Of a stretch of DNA of 64,000 nt, positions 48,215-57,282 are shown one piece after another. The position numbers and the translations under genes were made by a program. The stretch's first letter is position 1. Every line of letters starts with the position of its first letter. This stretch comes from Acetobacteraceae bacterium. Its GTDB lineage: Bacteria; Pseudomonadota; Alphaproteobacteria; Acetobacterales; Acetobacteraceae. Under the pieces are notes generated by a model. That model had not been told where the DNA came from, searched no databases, and saw only the letters and a program-made list of their open reading frames with translations. The DNA is taken from the NCBI GenBank assembly GCA_030041375.1, contig JASHOA010000022.1:106894-170893 (forward strand). The letters run 5' to 3'.

Positions 48215-48278
48215 TTGGCCGGAGCGCAAGCCTGGCGACTCTATCGCGGCTCGACGTCCAGCGCCGGATCGACGAGAT

Positions 48279-49004
48279 TCACCCTTCACGCACCCTGACC
48301 GATCCGGCATGCGCCCCGAATAGCGAGCCGGCACGGACCGCCATCAGATCGGGCCGGCGTTCGCGGGTGATTCGCTCGGCCTCGGCGCGGCGCCAGGCGG
48401 CGATGGCGGCGTGGTCGCCGGAGAGCAGCACGGCAGGGACGGCGCGGCCCTGCCAGACGGCGGGGCGGGTGTAGTGGGGATATTCGAGGACGCCGGCGGA
48501 AAAGCTTTCCTCGGAGACCGAGGCGTCGCTCCCCATAACGCCCGGCAGCAGGCGGATCACAGCGTCGAGCAGCACCAGCGCGGCGGTTTCGCCGCCCGAG
48601 AGCACGTAATCGCCGACGCTGATTTCCTCGAGGCCACGGGCTTCAATCACCCGCTGGTCGATGCCCTCGTAGCGGCCGGCGAGCAGGACGACACCAGGCC
48701 CGGCGGCCAGAGCGGCGGCACGGGCCTGATCGAAGCGGCGGCCACGGGCGGAGAGGCAGATTTGCGGCCGGCCATCGGCGAGGGACGCAAGCGCGCGGTC
48801 CACCACGTCGGGCCGCAGCACCATGCCGGCGCCGCCGCCATAGGGCGCGTCATCGACGCTCTTGTGCGGGCCGGTTGCGAAGTCGCGGATATCGACTGCT
48901 TCGAGTGACCAGAGGCCGGAAGCGAGTGCGCGGCCGGCGAGCGAAACGCCGAGAGGGCCGGGAAAGGCGGCCGGAAAAAGGGTAAGGACGCTGGCACGGA
49001 ACAT
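48279..49004 (-). CDS. trmD: tRNA (guanine37-N1)-methyltransferase
   Basis: 241 aa from ATG 49004. [56 protein letters not shown]. The start overlaps the rimM stop (TGATG). Confidence 0.93.
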   Translation of the reverse strand: MFRASVLTLFPAAFPGPLGVSLAGRALASGLWSLEAVDIRDFATGPHKSVDDAPYGGGAGMVLRPDVVDRALASLADGRPQICLSARGRRFDQARAAALAAGPGVVLLAGRYEGIDQRVIEARGLEEISVGDYVLSGGETAALVLLDAVIRLLPGVMGSDASVSEESFSAGVLEYPHYTRPAVWQGRAVPAVLLSGDHAAIAAWRRAEAERITRERRPDLMAVRAGSLFGAHAGSVRVREG

Positions 49005-49507
49005 CAGCGTGCGTCGACCTCCGGTGGCGGGGCGACGGTGATCCGGCCGGCGTTGAGATCGACCGCGGGCACCGCGGCGCGGGTGAAGGGGACGATCAGC
49101 GGGCCGATCTCGAGGCTGGCCCCGGCGCCGTAATCGTGCACCGCACTCACCGTGCCCAGAGCGGTCCCGTTCGGGTCGAAGGCGGCGAGCCCGATCAGGT
49201 CGGCCAAGTAGAATTCGTCGGCGGTGGTCGCCGGGAATGACGCGCGCGCGACGAAGAGCCTGCGATTGGCAAGGCGGGCGGCTTCCGTGCGGTCTTGAAT
49301 CGGGCGTTCCTGCCCGGCCGCGAGGAGGGCGAGGCGGGCGATGCCCGGCTTCACCCAGGACAGGCGATATCGCTGGCCGGTCTCGTCCTCGAGCGGCCCG
49401 TAACGGCTGAGCGAGTCCGGATCGGCGGTGTAGCTGGTGACGTGGACAAGGCCGCCGGTGCCGTGCGGACGGCCGATGACTCCGACCTCGATCAGGCGCC
49501 GGGCCAT
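49004..49507 (-). CDS. rimM: Ribosome maturation factor RimM
   Basis: 167 aa. [34 protein letters not shown]. Confidence 0.9.
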   Translation of the reverse strand: MARRLIEVGVIGRPHGTGGLVHVTSYTADPDSLSRYGPLEDETGQRYRLSWVKPGIARLALLAAGQERPIQDRTEAARLANRRLFVARASFPATTADEFYLADLIGLAAFDPNGTALGTVSAVHDYGAGASLEIGPLIVPFTRAAVPAVDLNAGRITVAPPPEVDAR

Positions 49508-49512
49508 GCGCC

Positions 49513-49830
49513 TCAGCGGGCGGACTTGGCCTTCTTGCGCGGCTGGGATTGCTTCGGCTGCTCGCGGATCGGCGGCATCGGCGCCAGGCCGGCGCGGCCG
49601 AGAAAGCGGCCGACGCGCTCGGTTGCAAGCGCGCCCTGGCCGAGCCAGTGCGTGACGCGTTCGGGCAGCAGACGCACGCGGTCGGCATGATCGGCGGGCA
49701 GCAAGGGGTTGTAAGTGCCGAGCCGCTCGATGAAGCGGCCGTCGCGCGGGCTTTGACTGTCTGCGACGACGATATGATAGAAGGGCCGCTTCTTCGCGCC
49801 GGCGCGAGCCAGCCTGATTTTCAGTGCCAT
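49513..49830 (-). CDS. rpsP: 30S ribosomal protein S16
   Basis: 105 aa. [42 protein letters not shown]. Confidence 0.95.
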   Translation of the reverse strand: MALKIRLARAGAKKRPFYHIVVADSQSPRDGRFIERLGTYNPLLPADHADRVRLLPERVTHWLGQGALATERVGRFLGRAGLAPMPPIREQPKQSQPRKKAKSAR

Positions 49831-49852
49831 CCGTTTCTCCTGGTCATGGATT

Positions 49853-51226
49853 TCAAAAGCCGCGGCGTCCGGCGCCAGGCGGCATCAACGCCGAGAGCCC
49901 GTGCCGCATCAGGCCTTTCTCGCCGAGCTTCTGGGCCCGTTTCATCATCGTCGTGATGTCGTCGAACTGCTTGAGGAGGCGGTTCACCTCGGGAACGGTG
50001 GCGCCCGAGCCGGCGGCGATACGACGCTTGCGGCTGGCCTTGATGATGTCGGGGTGGCGGCGTTCAGCCTTGGTCATCGAGTTGATGATGGCGGCCTGAC
50101 GCTTCAGGATCGCCGTATCGACGTTGGCCTCGGCCAGTTGCGCCTTCACCTTGCTGACGCCTGGCAGCATGCCGAGAATGCCCGTGAGACTGCCCATCCG
50201 CGTGATCTGGCGAAGCTGGGCCGCGTAGTCTTCGAGGTCGAACTTGCCGCGCGCCATCCTGGCGGCGAGACGCTCTGCGTCTGCGCGGTCGATCGTTTCG
50301 GCCGCCCGCTCGACGAGGCCGACGATATCGCCCATGCCGAGGATGCGGCCGGCCACGCGCTCGGGGTGGAAATCCTCGAGCGCGTCGAGTTTTTCTCCGG
50401 TGCCGACGAGCTTGATCGGCGCCCCGGTGACGGCGCGCATGGAAAGTGCGGCACCGCCGCGAGCGTCCCCATCCATGCGCGAAAGCACGATCCCGCTGAC
50501 AGCCACGGTTTCGCGGAAGGCGCGCGCGGTGTTGACCGCATCCTGGCCGGTCATGGCGTCGACGACGAGGAGGGTCTCGGCCGGCTTGGCGGCGGCGCTG
50601 ACCTCGGCCACCTCGGCCATCAGCCAGGCATCGACCGAGAGCCGGCCTGCCGTATCGAGGATGACGATATCGTAGCCCTCGCGCCGTCCCGTTTCGAGGG
50701 CACGGGCGGCGATGGCGAGCGGCGCCTGGCCGGAGACGATCGGGAGGCTGGTCACGCCGGCGCGTTCGGCAAGCTGGGCCAATTGCAACTGCGCGGCCGG
50801 GCGCTGCACGTCGAGGCTGGCGAGCAGAACCTTCCTGCGCTCTTTCTCCTTGAGGCGGAGCGCGAGCTTGGCGGCCGTGGTGGTCTTGCCGGAGCCCTGC
50901 AGGCCGACCAGCAGGATGGGAAGCGGCGGCGGGGCCTGGAGGTTGAGGCCGACGGCGCCCTCGCCGCCGAGCGCCTCGACCAGGGCGTCGTGCACGACCT
51001 TGACGACCTGCTGGCCGGGGGTGACGGAACGCAGCACGTCCTGGCCGATGGCGCGGGTGCGCACCCGCTCGATCAGGTCGCGCACCACGGGAAGCGCGAC
51101 GTCGGCTTCGAGCAACGCAATGCGGACCTCGCGCAGCGCCTCTGTGACGTCGGCCTCGGAGAGCGAGCCGCGCTGGCGGAGCCGGTCGAAGACGCCGGAG
51201 AGGCGCGTGGAGAGGGTTTCGAACAT
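49853..51226 (-). CDS. ffh: Signal recognition particle protein Ffh
   Basis: 457 aa from ATG 51226. [35 protein letters not shown]-domain GMGD. Confidence 0.95.
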   Translation of the reverse strand: MFETLSTRLSGVFDRLRQRGSLSEADVTEALREVRIALLEADVALPVVRDLIERVRTRAIGQDVLRSVTPGQQVVKVVHDALVEALGGEGAVGLNLQAPPPLPILLVGLQGSGKTTTAAKLALRLKEKERRKVLLASLDVQRPAAQLQLAQLAERAGVTSLPIVSGQAPLAIAARALETGRREGYDIVILDTAGRLSVDAWLMAEVAEVSAAAKPAETLLVVDAMTGQDAVNTARAFRETVAVSGIVLSRMDGDARGGAALSMRAVTGAPIKLVGTGEKLDALEDFHPERVAGRILGMGDIVGLVERAAETIDRADAERLAARMARGKFDLEDYAAQLRQITRMGSLTGILGMLPGVSKVKAQLAEANVDTAILKRQAAIINSMTKAERRHPDIIKASRKRRIAAGSGATVPEVNRLLKQFDDITTMMKRAQKLGEKGLMRHGLSALMPPGAGRRGF

Positions 51227-51348
51227 CCCTTCAGCCCAAATCACAAAGCGCCGCTCAGCGAACCCTCGCGGAGCGGCGTTGCCCCCGCCGAGCGGGAACC
51301 GGGCCGGATATGCGCCGCCGGAGCCGGGGCGTCAATGAGCGCACGCCG

Positions 51349-51396
51349 GCCCGCGATCGCCCGAGGCGGAAACGTCAGAGGGCGTGAATCGCGGGC
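51349..51396 (+). repeat. REP-like palindromic element (family R2), copy Z
   Basis: The plus strand reads GCCCGCGATCGCCCGAGGCGGAAACGTCAGAGGGCGTGAATCGCGGGC, followed by AAAAAA. It lies between the msrA stop and the ffh start, in opposite orientation to copies X and Y. Confidence 0.85.
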
Positions 51397-51413
51397 CAAA
51401 AAAGCCCTGTGGC

Positions 51414-51950
51414 TCAGGCGGCGGCTTTCAGGAGATGGGAGAAATGCTTGCGGAACTTGAGCACCTTCGGTGCAACGACGGCGCGGCAATAGCCGGTGCC
51501 GGGGTTGCGGTTGAAATAGTCGTCATGCTCCGGCTCGGCGGGCCAGAATTTTTCGAGAGGCCTCACCTCGGTGACGAGCGGGGCGGGCCAGAGATCAGCC
51601 GAGCGGATTTCCTGCATCACCGCCTCGGCGGCGGTGCGCTGCATCTCGTCGTGAGTCAGGATGATCGAGCGGTACTGCGGCCCCACGTCGGCGCCCTGGC
51701 GGTCCGGCGTTGTCGGGTCATGGATGGTGAAGAAGATGCGCAGGAGATCGGCATAGGAGATGAGTGCCGGATCGAAGGTGATCTGCACGACCTCGGCGTG
51801 GCCTGTGCGGCCGGTGCAGACCTCCTTGTAAGTCGGGTTGGCAACCGCCCCGCCGGCATAGCCCGACTTCACGGCGCTCACTCCGTGCACGCCCTGGTAG
51901 ACCGCCTCCAGGCACCAGAAGCATCCGCCCCCCAATGTCGCCTGAGCCAT
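51414..51950 (-). CDS. msrA: Peptide-methionine (S)-S-oxide reductase
   Basis: 178 aa from ATG 51950, with AGGAGGG upstream. GGGCFWCLEAVY..GHAEVVQITFDP..DPTTPDRQGADVGPQYRS. Confidence 0.93.
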   Translation of the reverse strand: MAQATLGGGCFWCLEAVYQGVHGVSAVKSGYAGGAVANPTYKEVCTGRTGHAEVVQITFDPALISYADLLRIFFTIHDPTTPDRQGADVGPQYRSIILTHDEMQRTAAEAVMQEIRSADLWPAPLVTEVRPLEKFWPAEPEHDDYFNRNPGTGYCRAVVAPKVLKFRKHFSHLLKAAA

Positions 51951-52064
51951 GTTCTGCCCTCCTGGGTGGAGCTGAGAGATTGGCACGATGGCCCTCGGAT
52001 CAACCGCGTTGCGGGTGTGCCGGGGCAAGGATAGGCGCGCGTGCCCTGCCCCCGAAGTTGGCTA

Positions 52065-52172
52065 CCCCTTGCAGCGAACGGAGGGGATGAGAGGCCACGG
52101 AAAACAAATATCGAGTGTCCCGATCCCAGCCGACGGCAATCCTGACGAACGTCGGAATCGCGACACGAGCGC
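52065..52172 (-). repeat. ~108-nt intergenic repeat R1, copy A
   Basis: The reverse complement aligns over about 108 nt, roughly 85% identical by eye, with 61993-62100. Both end in ..GGGATCGGGACACTCG.TATTTGTTTT..GGCCTCT.ATCCCCTCCGTTCGCTGCAAGGGG. It starts 2 nt after the stop of the DUF4239 gene and lies 115 nt upstream of msrA. Confidence 0.85.
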
Positions 52173-52174
52173 GC

Positions 52175-53002
52175 TCAAGGGGACAGGACGATCGCCGGTG
52201 TGGGGCGGACGATGTCGATGAGCGCGTTGCGCATGGGGCGGCTGGAAACCTCGACATAGCCGTTGAACGGCGAATCCATCTCCAGGATCACGAACATTGC
52301 CGAGCTAATGGAGAGGGCGCTCAGCGTAATGATGATGAAAACGAAAGCATTGGCTGGTGCATTGAGGCCGAAGCAGACGAAAATCACGATCAGCCAGAAA
52401 ACCAGCACGAGATAGAACGGGAACGAGATGGTCGGGCGAGCGTCCTCGATCAAGGTCCAGCGCGCCGCTTCGAGATCGTGGTAGTGACCAAGAGCACTGG
52501 CCAAGAGTGCGCGATGCAGAGCGTCTTGCGGGGCGAGGTGGTGAATGGCCAGGCCGATTTCGTTCATCAGCTCGCCGAGCGTACGGCTTTCCAGCCCTCC
52601 CGGGATGATCGGCGAAGCCGCCACAGGGTGGATCTCGAGGCGCGGCTTCGGCTCGTTGGGCCAGGTGCTGACAATGACTGTCTCGGTATAGCGACGAAGC
52701 GCGATCCGCGCCGCCATCGCCTCGGGTCCGTAGTTGCGAAGGCTCTGATCGAGCTGGACGATCTGGGAGGCGACCGCGGCCATGGCGTCGTTGTCGCGAT
52801 CGAAACCGCCTTTCACCGCATAGGTCAGGAGCCCCATCACCAGGGCGGCGAATGTCACCAGCATGGTGACGACGAGGCTGACCAGCTCGACCGTCTCCCG
52901 GCTCTTGTGCTGTTCGGAGAGATGCGCCTTGACGAACATGCCAAGCGCGGCACTCACCATCAGGAGAAGGAGAACGAAGAATGCGTTGAGGGCGTCGTTC
53001 AT
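52175..53002 (-). CDS. DUF4239 (bestrophin-like) membrane protein
   Basis: 275 aa with four predicted TM helices. The C-terminal ..ISSAMFVILEMDSPFNGYVEVSSRPM matches the DUF4239 signature as I recall it. Confidence 0.6.
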   Translation of the reverse strand: MNDALNAFFVLLLLMVSAALGMFVKAHLSEQHKSRETVELVSLVVTMLVTFAALVMGLLTYAVKGGFDRDNDAMAAVASQIVQLDQSLRNYGPEAMAARIALRRYTETVIVSTWPNEPKPRLEIHPVAASPIIPGGLESRTLGELMNEIGLAIHHLAPQDALHRALLASALGHYHDLEAARWTLIEDARPTISFPFYLVLVFWLIVIFVCFGLNAPANAFVFIIITLSALSISSAMFVILEMDSPFNGYVEVSSRPMRNALIDIVRPTPAIVLSP

Positions 53003-53014
53003 CCTTGGTCGCGA

Positions 53015-53986
53015 TCAGGGACGCAAGGCGCCGTTGACGTTGAGATAGAGCGCGTAGACCGAGGTGCTCGCGGTCATGAAGAGGCGATTCCTCTTCTTGC
53101 CGCCGAAGCAGACATTGGAGCACACCTCCGGGAGATGGATCTTGCCGATCAGCTCGCCGTCGGGCGCGTAGCAGCGCACGCCGTCCTCCGCCGGGTCGGC
53201 CCAGCCGAAGCTGCACCAGACATTGCCTGCCGTATCGACCCTGATGCCGTCCGTCATGGCGGGGGCGAAACTGCCAGCGAAGACCAAGCCGGCGCGAAGC
53301 TTGCCGTTCTCGACCTCGAAGCGGCGGATATGCGAGGGTCCGCCGTGGGTGATGCCGGTATCGACGACATAGAGCAGCCTTTCATCGGGCGAGAAGGCGA
53401 TACCGTTCGGGCGCGTGAAATCATCGGCGATGACCGTGAGAGCGCCGGAGGCAGGGTCGAGCCGGTAGACGTTGCCCGGCAGCTCGAAATCGTCCTGGTG
53501 GCCTTCGTAATCACCGTCGATTCCGTAGCCGGGATCGGTGAACCAGACGGCCCCGTCGGATGCGACGACGACATCGTTCGGTGCGTTCAGTCGCTTGCCC
53601 TGATAGCGCTCGGCCAGCACAGTGATGCGGCCGTCATGCTCGGTGCGGGTGACGCGGCGGGTGTCGTGTTCGCAGGTGACGAGGCGGCCTTCGCGGTCAC
53701 GCGTGTTGCCGTTGGAGTAGTTCGACGGCGTGCGGAACACGCTGACATGGCCGTCTTCCTCGAGCCAGCGCATGATGCGGTTGTTCGGAATGTCGCTCCA
53801 GAGGAGATAGCCGCCGTCGCGGAAATAGACCGGGCCCTCCGCCCAGCGGAAGCCGGTCGCGATACGCTCGACCGCGGCATTGCCCTGGCGGGGGAATCTC
53901 TTCTTGTCCAGCACCTCGATGCGCGCATCCGGGTAGCGCGTTCCGGGCAGATGGCCGAGCGGCAGGTGGGCCGGCTCTCCTTGCAT
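53015..53986 (-). CDS. SMP-30/gluconolactonase/LRE-family hydrolase
   Basis: 323 aa from ATG 53986, with GAGGAGGA upstream. EGPVYFRDGGYLLWSDIPNNRI..NGNTRD..PNDVVV..DGAVWFTDP..PNGIAFSPD..TDGIRVD. Confidence 0.88.
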   Translation of the reverse strand: MQGEPAHLPLGHLPGTRYPDARIEVLDKKRFPRQGNAAVERIATGFRWAEGPVYFRDGGYLLWSDIPNNRIMRWLEEDGHVSVFRTPSNYSNGNTRDREGRLVTCEHDTRRVTRTEHDGRITVLAERYQGKRLNAPNDVVVASDGAVWFTDPGYGIDGDYEGHQDDFELPGNVYRLDPASGALTVIADDFTRPNGIAFSPDERLLYVVDTGITHGGPSHIRRFEVENGKLRAGLVFAGSFAPAMTDGIRVDTAGNVWCSFGWADPAEDGVRCYAPDGELIGKIHLPEVCSNVCFGGKKRNRLFMTASTSVYALYLNVNGALRP

Positions 53987-54023
53987 CGTTTTCCTCCTCG
54001 TTCGGTGTCGATTGGCGGCGATT

Positions 54024-55559
54024 TTAGGCAGGCTCTGCGAAGCGGGGGAAGACCGCCTGCGGCGGCGGCAGGGGCGTTCCGGCGGGGAGCGGCACAGCGA
54101 GTGCAGCGAGATCGCGGGCTGACGGCGGCACGCCGAGCTGGTCGAGCATGCGCGCCATGCTCTCGGGCATGAAGGGCGAAAGGACGGTTGCGATGATTCT
54201 GAGCACATCGGCGAGCACGCGCAGGACGGCCGCCATGCGCGGCGGATCCGTGCGGCGGAGCGCCCACGGGGCCTGATGGTCGATATAGGCGTTGGCGGCG
54301 CGGACGATCTTCCAGATTTCGTCGAGCGCCTCCGAGAAGGCGAGACGATCGAGCGCGCCAGCCAGATCGCGCGGAAGGGCGGCGGCAGCGGAGAGGAGGG
54401 TATTGTCGGCGTCGGTCGGGGACTTCGGGAGCGCGGGGAGCGTTGCCGCGCAGTGGCGCGCGATGAGTGAGAGCGAGCGCTGGGCGAGATTGCCGAGATC
54501 GTTGGCCAATTCGACATTCATGCGCGTGATGAGGGCGCGGCGGGAAAAATCGCCGTCGTTGCCGAAGGGCACTTCGCGAAGCAGGAAGTAGCGGACGGGA
54601 TCGAGCCCGAAGCGGGCGAGGAGATCGCGCGGATCGATGACGTTGCCGAGCGACTTGCTCATCTTCTCGCCCTCGACCGTCCACCAGCCGTGGGCGAAGA
54701 CGCGCTTCGGCGGAGCAAGACCGGCGGCCATCAGGAAGGCCGGCCAGTAGAGGGCGTGGAAGCGGGCGATCTCCTTGCCGACGAGATGCAGATCGGCCGG
54801 CCAGAAGGCCCAGCGAGGATCGGCTTCATCCGGGAAGCCGGCGGCGGTGATGTAGTTGGCCAGCGCATCGAGCCAGACATACATGACGTGCGCGGGATCC
54901 CCGGGAACCGGGATGCCCCAGCGGAAGCTGGCCCGGCTGATGGAGAGATCCGAGAGGCCGGTGCGGACGAAGCTCAGCAATTCGTTGCGGCGCGAGAGGG
55001 GCAGGATGAAATCCGGATTTTCCGCGTAGAAGGCGAGCATGCGGTCCTGCCAGGCGGAGAGGCGGAAGAAGTAGGAGGGCTCGCGCACCCATTCGACCGG
55101 GGCGCCGGAAGGGGCAAGGCGGGTTCCGTCCGGGCCGGGAACAAGCTCGGATTCGTTGTAGAACGCTTCGTCGCGCACGGCGTACCAGCCCTGGTATTCG
55201 CCGAGATAAATCTCGCCCCGTTCGACGAGGCGCTGCCAGAGCACGCTGCAGGCGTGCCTGTGACGAGGCTCCGTGGTGCGGATGAAATCGTCGTTGGAGG
55301 CACCCATTCTGGCGGCCATGTCACGGAAGTCGGCGGCCACGCGATCGGTGAAGCTTTGCGGATCGAGGCCGGCCTCGGCGGCGGCCTTTTCCACTTTCTG
55401 CCCGTGCTCGTCAGTACCGGTGAGGAAGAAGACGTCGTAGCCCGCGAGCCGCTTCCAGCGCGCCAGCACGTCGGCCGCGATGGTGGTGTAGGCGTGGCCG
55501 ATATGCGGCGCGCCGTTGACGTAATAGATCGGGGTCGTGATGTAGTAGCGCTTGGTCAT
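54024..55559 (-). CDS. metG: Methionine--tRNA ligase (short form)
   Basis: 511 aa. YYITTPIYYVNGAPHIGHAYT (HIGH) and KMSKSLGN (KMSKS). Confidence 0.95.
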   Translation of the reverse strand: MTKRYYITTPIYYVNGAPHIGHAYTTIAADVLARWKRLAGYDVFFLTGTDEHGQKVEKAAAEAGLDPQSFTDRVAADFRDMAARMGASNDDFIRTTEPRHRHACSVLWQRLVERGEIYLGEYQGWYAVRDEAFYNESELVPGPDGTRLAPSGAPVEWVREPSYFFRLSAWQDRMLAFYAENPDFILPLSRRNELLSFVRTGLSDLSISRASFRWGIPVPGDPAHVMYVWLDALANYITAAGFPDEADPRWAFWPADLHLVGKEIARFHALYWPAFLMAAGLAPPKRVFAHGWWTVEGEKMSKSLGNVIDPRDLLARFGLDPVRYFLLREVPFGNDGDFSRRALITRMNVELANDLGNLAQRSLSLIARHCAATLPALPKSPTDADNTLLSAAAALPRDLAGALDRLAFSEALDEIWKIVRAANAYIDHQAPWALRRTDPPRMAAVLRVLADVLRIIATVLSPFMPESMARMLDQLGVPPSARDLAALAVPLPAGTPLPPPQAVFPRFAEPA

Positions 55560-56573
55560 TCATGGTCCGTCCAGGAGGGCCAGACCAGAGACCACGGCCT
55601 GCCGCTTGTCGAGGCTGAACCGCTCGGTCTCGTCGGCCAGGCGGGAGAGCGCGTGCCACACCTCCCCCCAGGCATCAAGGGGCCGGAGCGCGAGCAGGCG
55701 GCTTTGTTCGGGGTCGGCGCGACCGCGCGCGCCGGCGCGCACGACGGCCGAAAGCCGGCCGAGCAGCAGTTCCATGAAGACCGGAAAGCCGGCCTCGCCG
55801 CGGCCGAGACGATCGACCACGCCGTGCGCGCGGTCGGTTCCGAAGCGAGGCAGGCCGGCGAGCACCTCATCGACCAGTTTTGCCACCGCCACTCCCTCCT
55901 CGTCGGCAAGGCGGAGCGCCCGGCCGGGAGAGCCTTCGGCGAGGAACAGAAGGCGGGGCCGTTCTTCAGGCGAAACGTCTGGCAGATAGCGGGCGAGCAG
56001 CCGGTTCATGTTGGCATCGTCGAGCGGAGAGAGCCTGAGCATCCGGCAACGGCTGCGGAGCGTTGCCGGCAAACGGCCGGGCGCCGCGCAGACGAGCAGC
56101 AGGAGGGCGGAAGCCGGAGGCTCTTCCAGGACCTTGAGAAGAGCGTTGGCCGCATTGACATTCAGAAGCTCGGCCGGATCGACGATGATGACGCGCCAGC
56201 CGCCCTCGATCGCTGTCAGGTGCAGGAATTCCGCGGCGGCGCGCACGTCATCGACCAGGATTTCACGGTGCTGGCGGCCGGTTTTGGGATCGACCGTGCG
56301 TGTGGCGGTGCGCAGATCCGCATGTCCGCCGGCGGCGACGCGACGGAAGACGGGGCTTGCAGGATCGAGCCACAGGCTGTTGCCGCTCGCGGGGAGGCCG
56401 GCGAGCAGGCGGCGGGCGAATCGGTAGGCGAGCGTTGCCTTGCCGATGCCGGGCGGGCCGGTGATCAACCAGGCATGGTGCAGGCGGGCGCTGAGCGCGG
56501 CGTCGAGCAGCGCCTGCTCGGCGGCCGCGTGACCGAGAAGCTCGGGATTCTCGCGCGGCTCAGGCGCGGCCAT
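55560..56573 (-). CDS. holB: DNA polymerase III subunit delta'
   Basis: 337 aa. HAWLITGPPGIGKATLAYRFA..NALLKVLEEPP. Confidence 0.88.
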   Translation of the reverse strand: MAAPEPRENPELLGHAAAEQALLDAALSARLHHAWLITGPPGIGKATLAYRFARRLLAGLPASGNSLWLDPASPVFRRVAAGGHADLRTATRTVDPKTGRQHREILVDDVRAAAEFLHLTAIEGGWRVIIVDPAELLNVNAANALLKVLEEPPASALLLLVCAAPGRLPATLRSRCRMLRLSPLDDANMNRLLARYLPDVSPEERPRLLFLAEGSPGRALRLADEEGVAVAKLVDEVLAGLPRFGTDRAHGVVDRLGRGEAGFPVFMELLLGRLSAVVRAGARGRADPEQSRLLALRPLDAWGEVWHALSRLADETERFSLDKRQAVVSGLALLDGP

Positions 56574-57228
56574 CGCGTGCGCCGGGCAAGCCCGCAGCCG
56601 GGGTCCGGAAATATCTCAGTGCGTGGGCGAGGAGCTCGGCATGCACGGTGGGAACAGGGAGCGAGGCGTCGATCGGGATGCAGCGCTCCGGGTAGTGAGA
56701 GACGATGGCCCGAAAGCCGGAACGGACGCGAGAGAGAAAACCGGCATCGAAGCGCTCGTAGCGATCGATCCGAGTGCCGCGCGCGACCAGGCGGCAGCGT
56801 GCGACTTCGGGGGCGACGTCGAGGACGAAGGTGAGATGGGGCGTGAAATTGAGGAGGCGGATGAGGGTGGCGATGACGGCCCGGTCCGCTCCCTGGCCGT
56901 AGCCCTGATAGGCAAGGGTGGAATCGAAAAAGCGATCGCAGACGATGACAAGGCCGGCGGCGAGCGCAGGGCGAAGCGTGCGTGCGACATGTTCGGCACG
57001 AGCGGCGAAATGAAGCAGAGATTCCGAAAGTGGGTCGAAGGCGAGACTCGTTTCGAGAAGAAAACGGCGAACGGCCTCCGCACCCGGTGCGCCGCCTGGT
57101 TCCCGGGTGAGCAGGACGGGGCGGCCGGCGGCGGCGAGAGCCTCGGCCAGGAGACGCGACTGCGTCGATTTGCCGCTTCCATCCACCCCTTCGAGGGTGA
57201 TGAACAGCGCCAACTGTCGAGCCACCAT
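56560..57228 (-). CDS. tmk: dTMP kinase
   Basis: 222 aa. FITLEGVDGSGKSTQ..TREPGG..DRF.DST.AYQG. Confidence 0.93.
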   Translation of the reverse strand: MVARQLALFITLEGVDGSGKSTQSRLLAEALAAAGRPVLLTREPGGAPGAEAVRRFLLETSLAFDPLSESLLHFAARAEHVARTLRPALAAGLVIVCDRFFDSTLAYQGYGQGADRAVIATLIRLLNFTPHLTFVLDVAPEVARCRLVARGTRIDRYERFDAGFLSRVRSGFRAIVSHYPERCIPIDASLPVPTVHAELLAHALRYFRTPAAGLPGARDGRA

Positions 57229-57282
57229 CGGTGCTATTGCGCTCGGGTCATTTTTCGCCCCCTGGCAGCCGACACGGCGCGT

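Larger units (their letters stand above)
43480..48278. mobile_element. Degenerate genomic islet inserted between trmD and rplS (borders approximate)
   Basis: The normally contiguous rpsP-rimM-trmD-rplS array is split by about 4.85 kb. The insert carries two type II TA pairs, an IS256 transposase fragment, plasmid/ICE-type gene fragments and a lower-GC orphan gene. Confidence 0.75.

Noticed and set aside
52000-52257. The R1 repeat as a conserved small protein (frames give ARVAIPTFVRIAVGWDRDTRYLF, ARVPIPKSVRMVPGRDRDTRHLF, VPIPKFVRVALGWD)
   Set aside because: The frames have no start or SD context. The copy B frame ends in a stop within the unit. Copy C is embedded in a shadow ORF. The similarity follows trivially from nucleotide identity.
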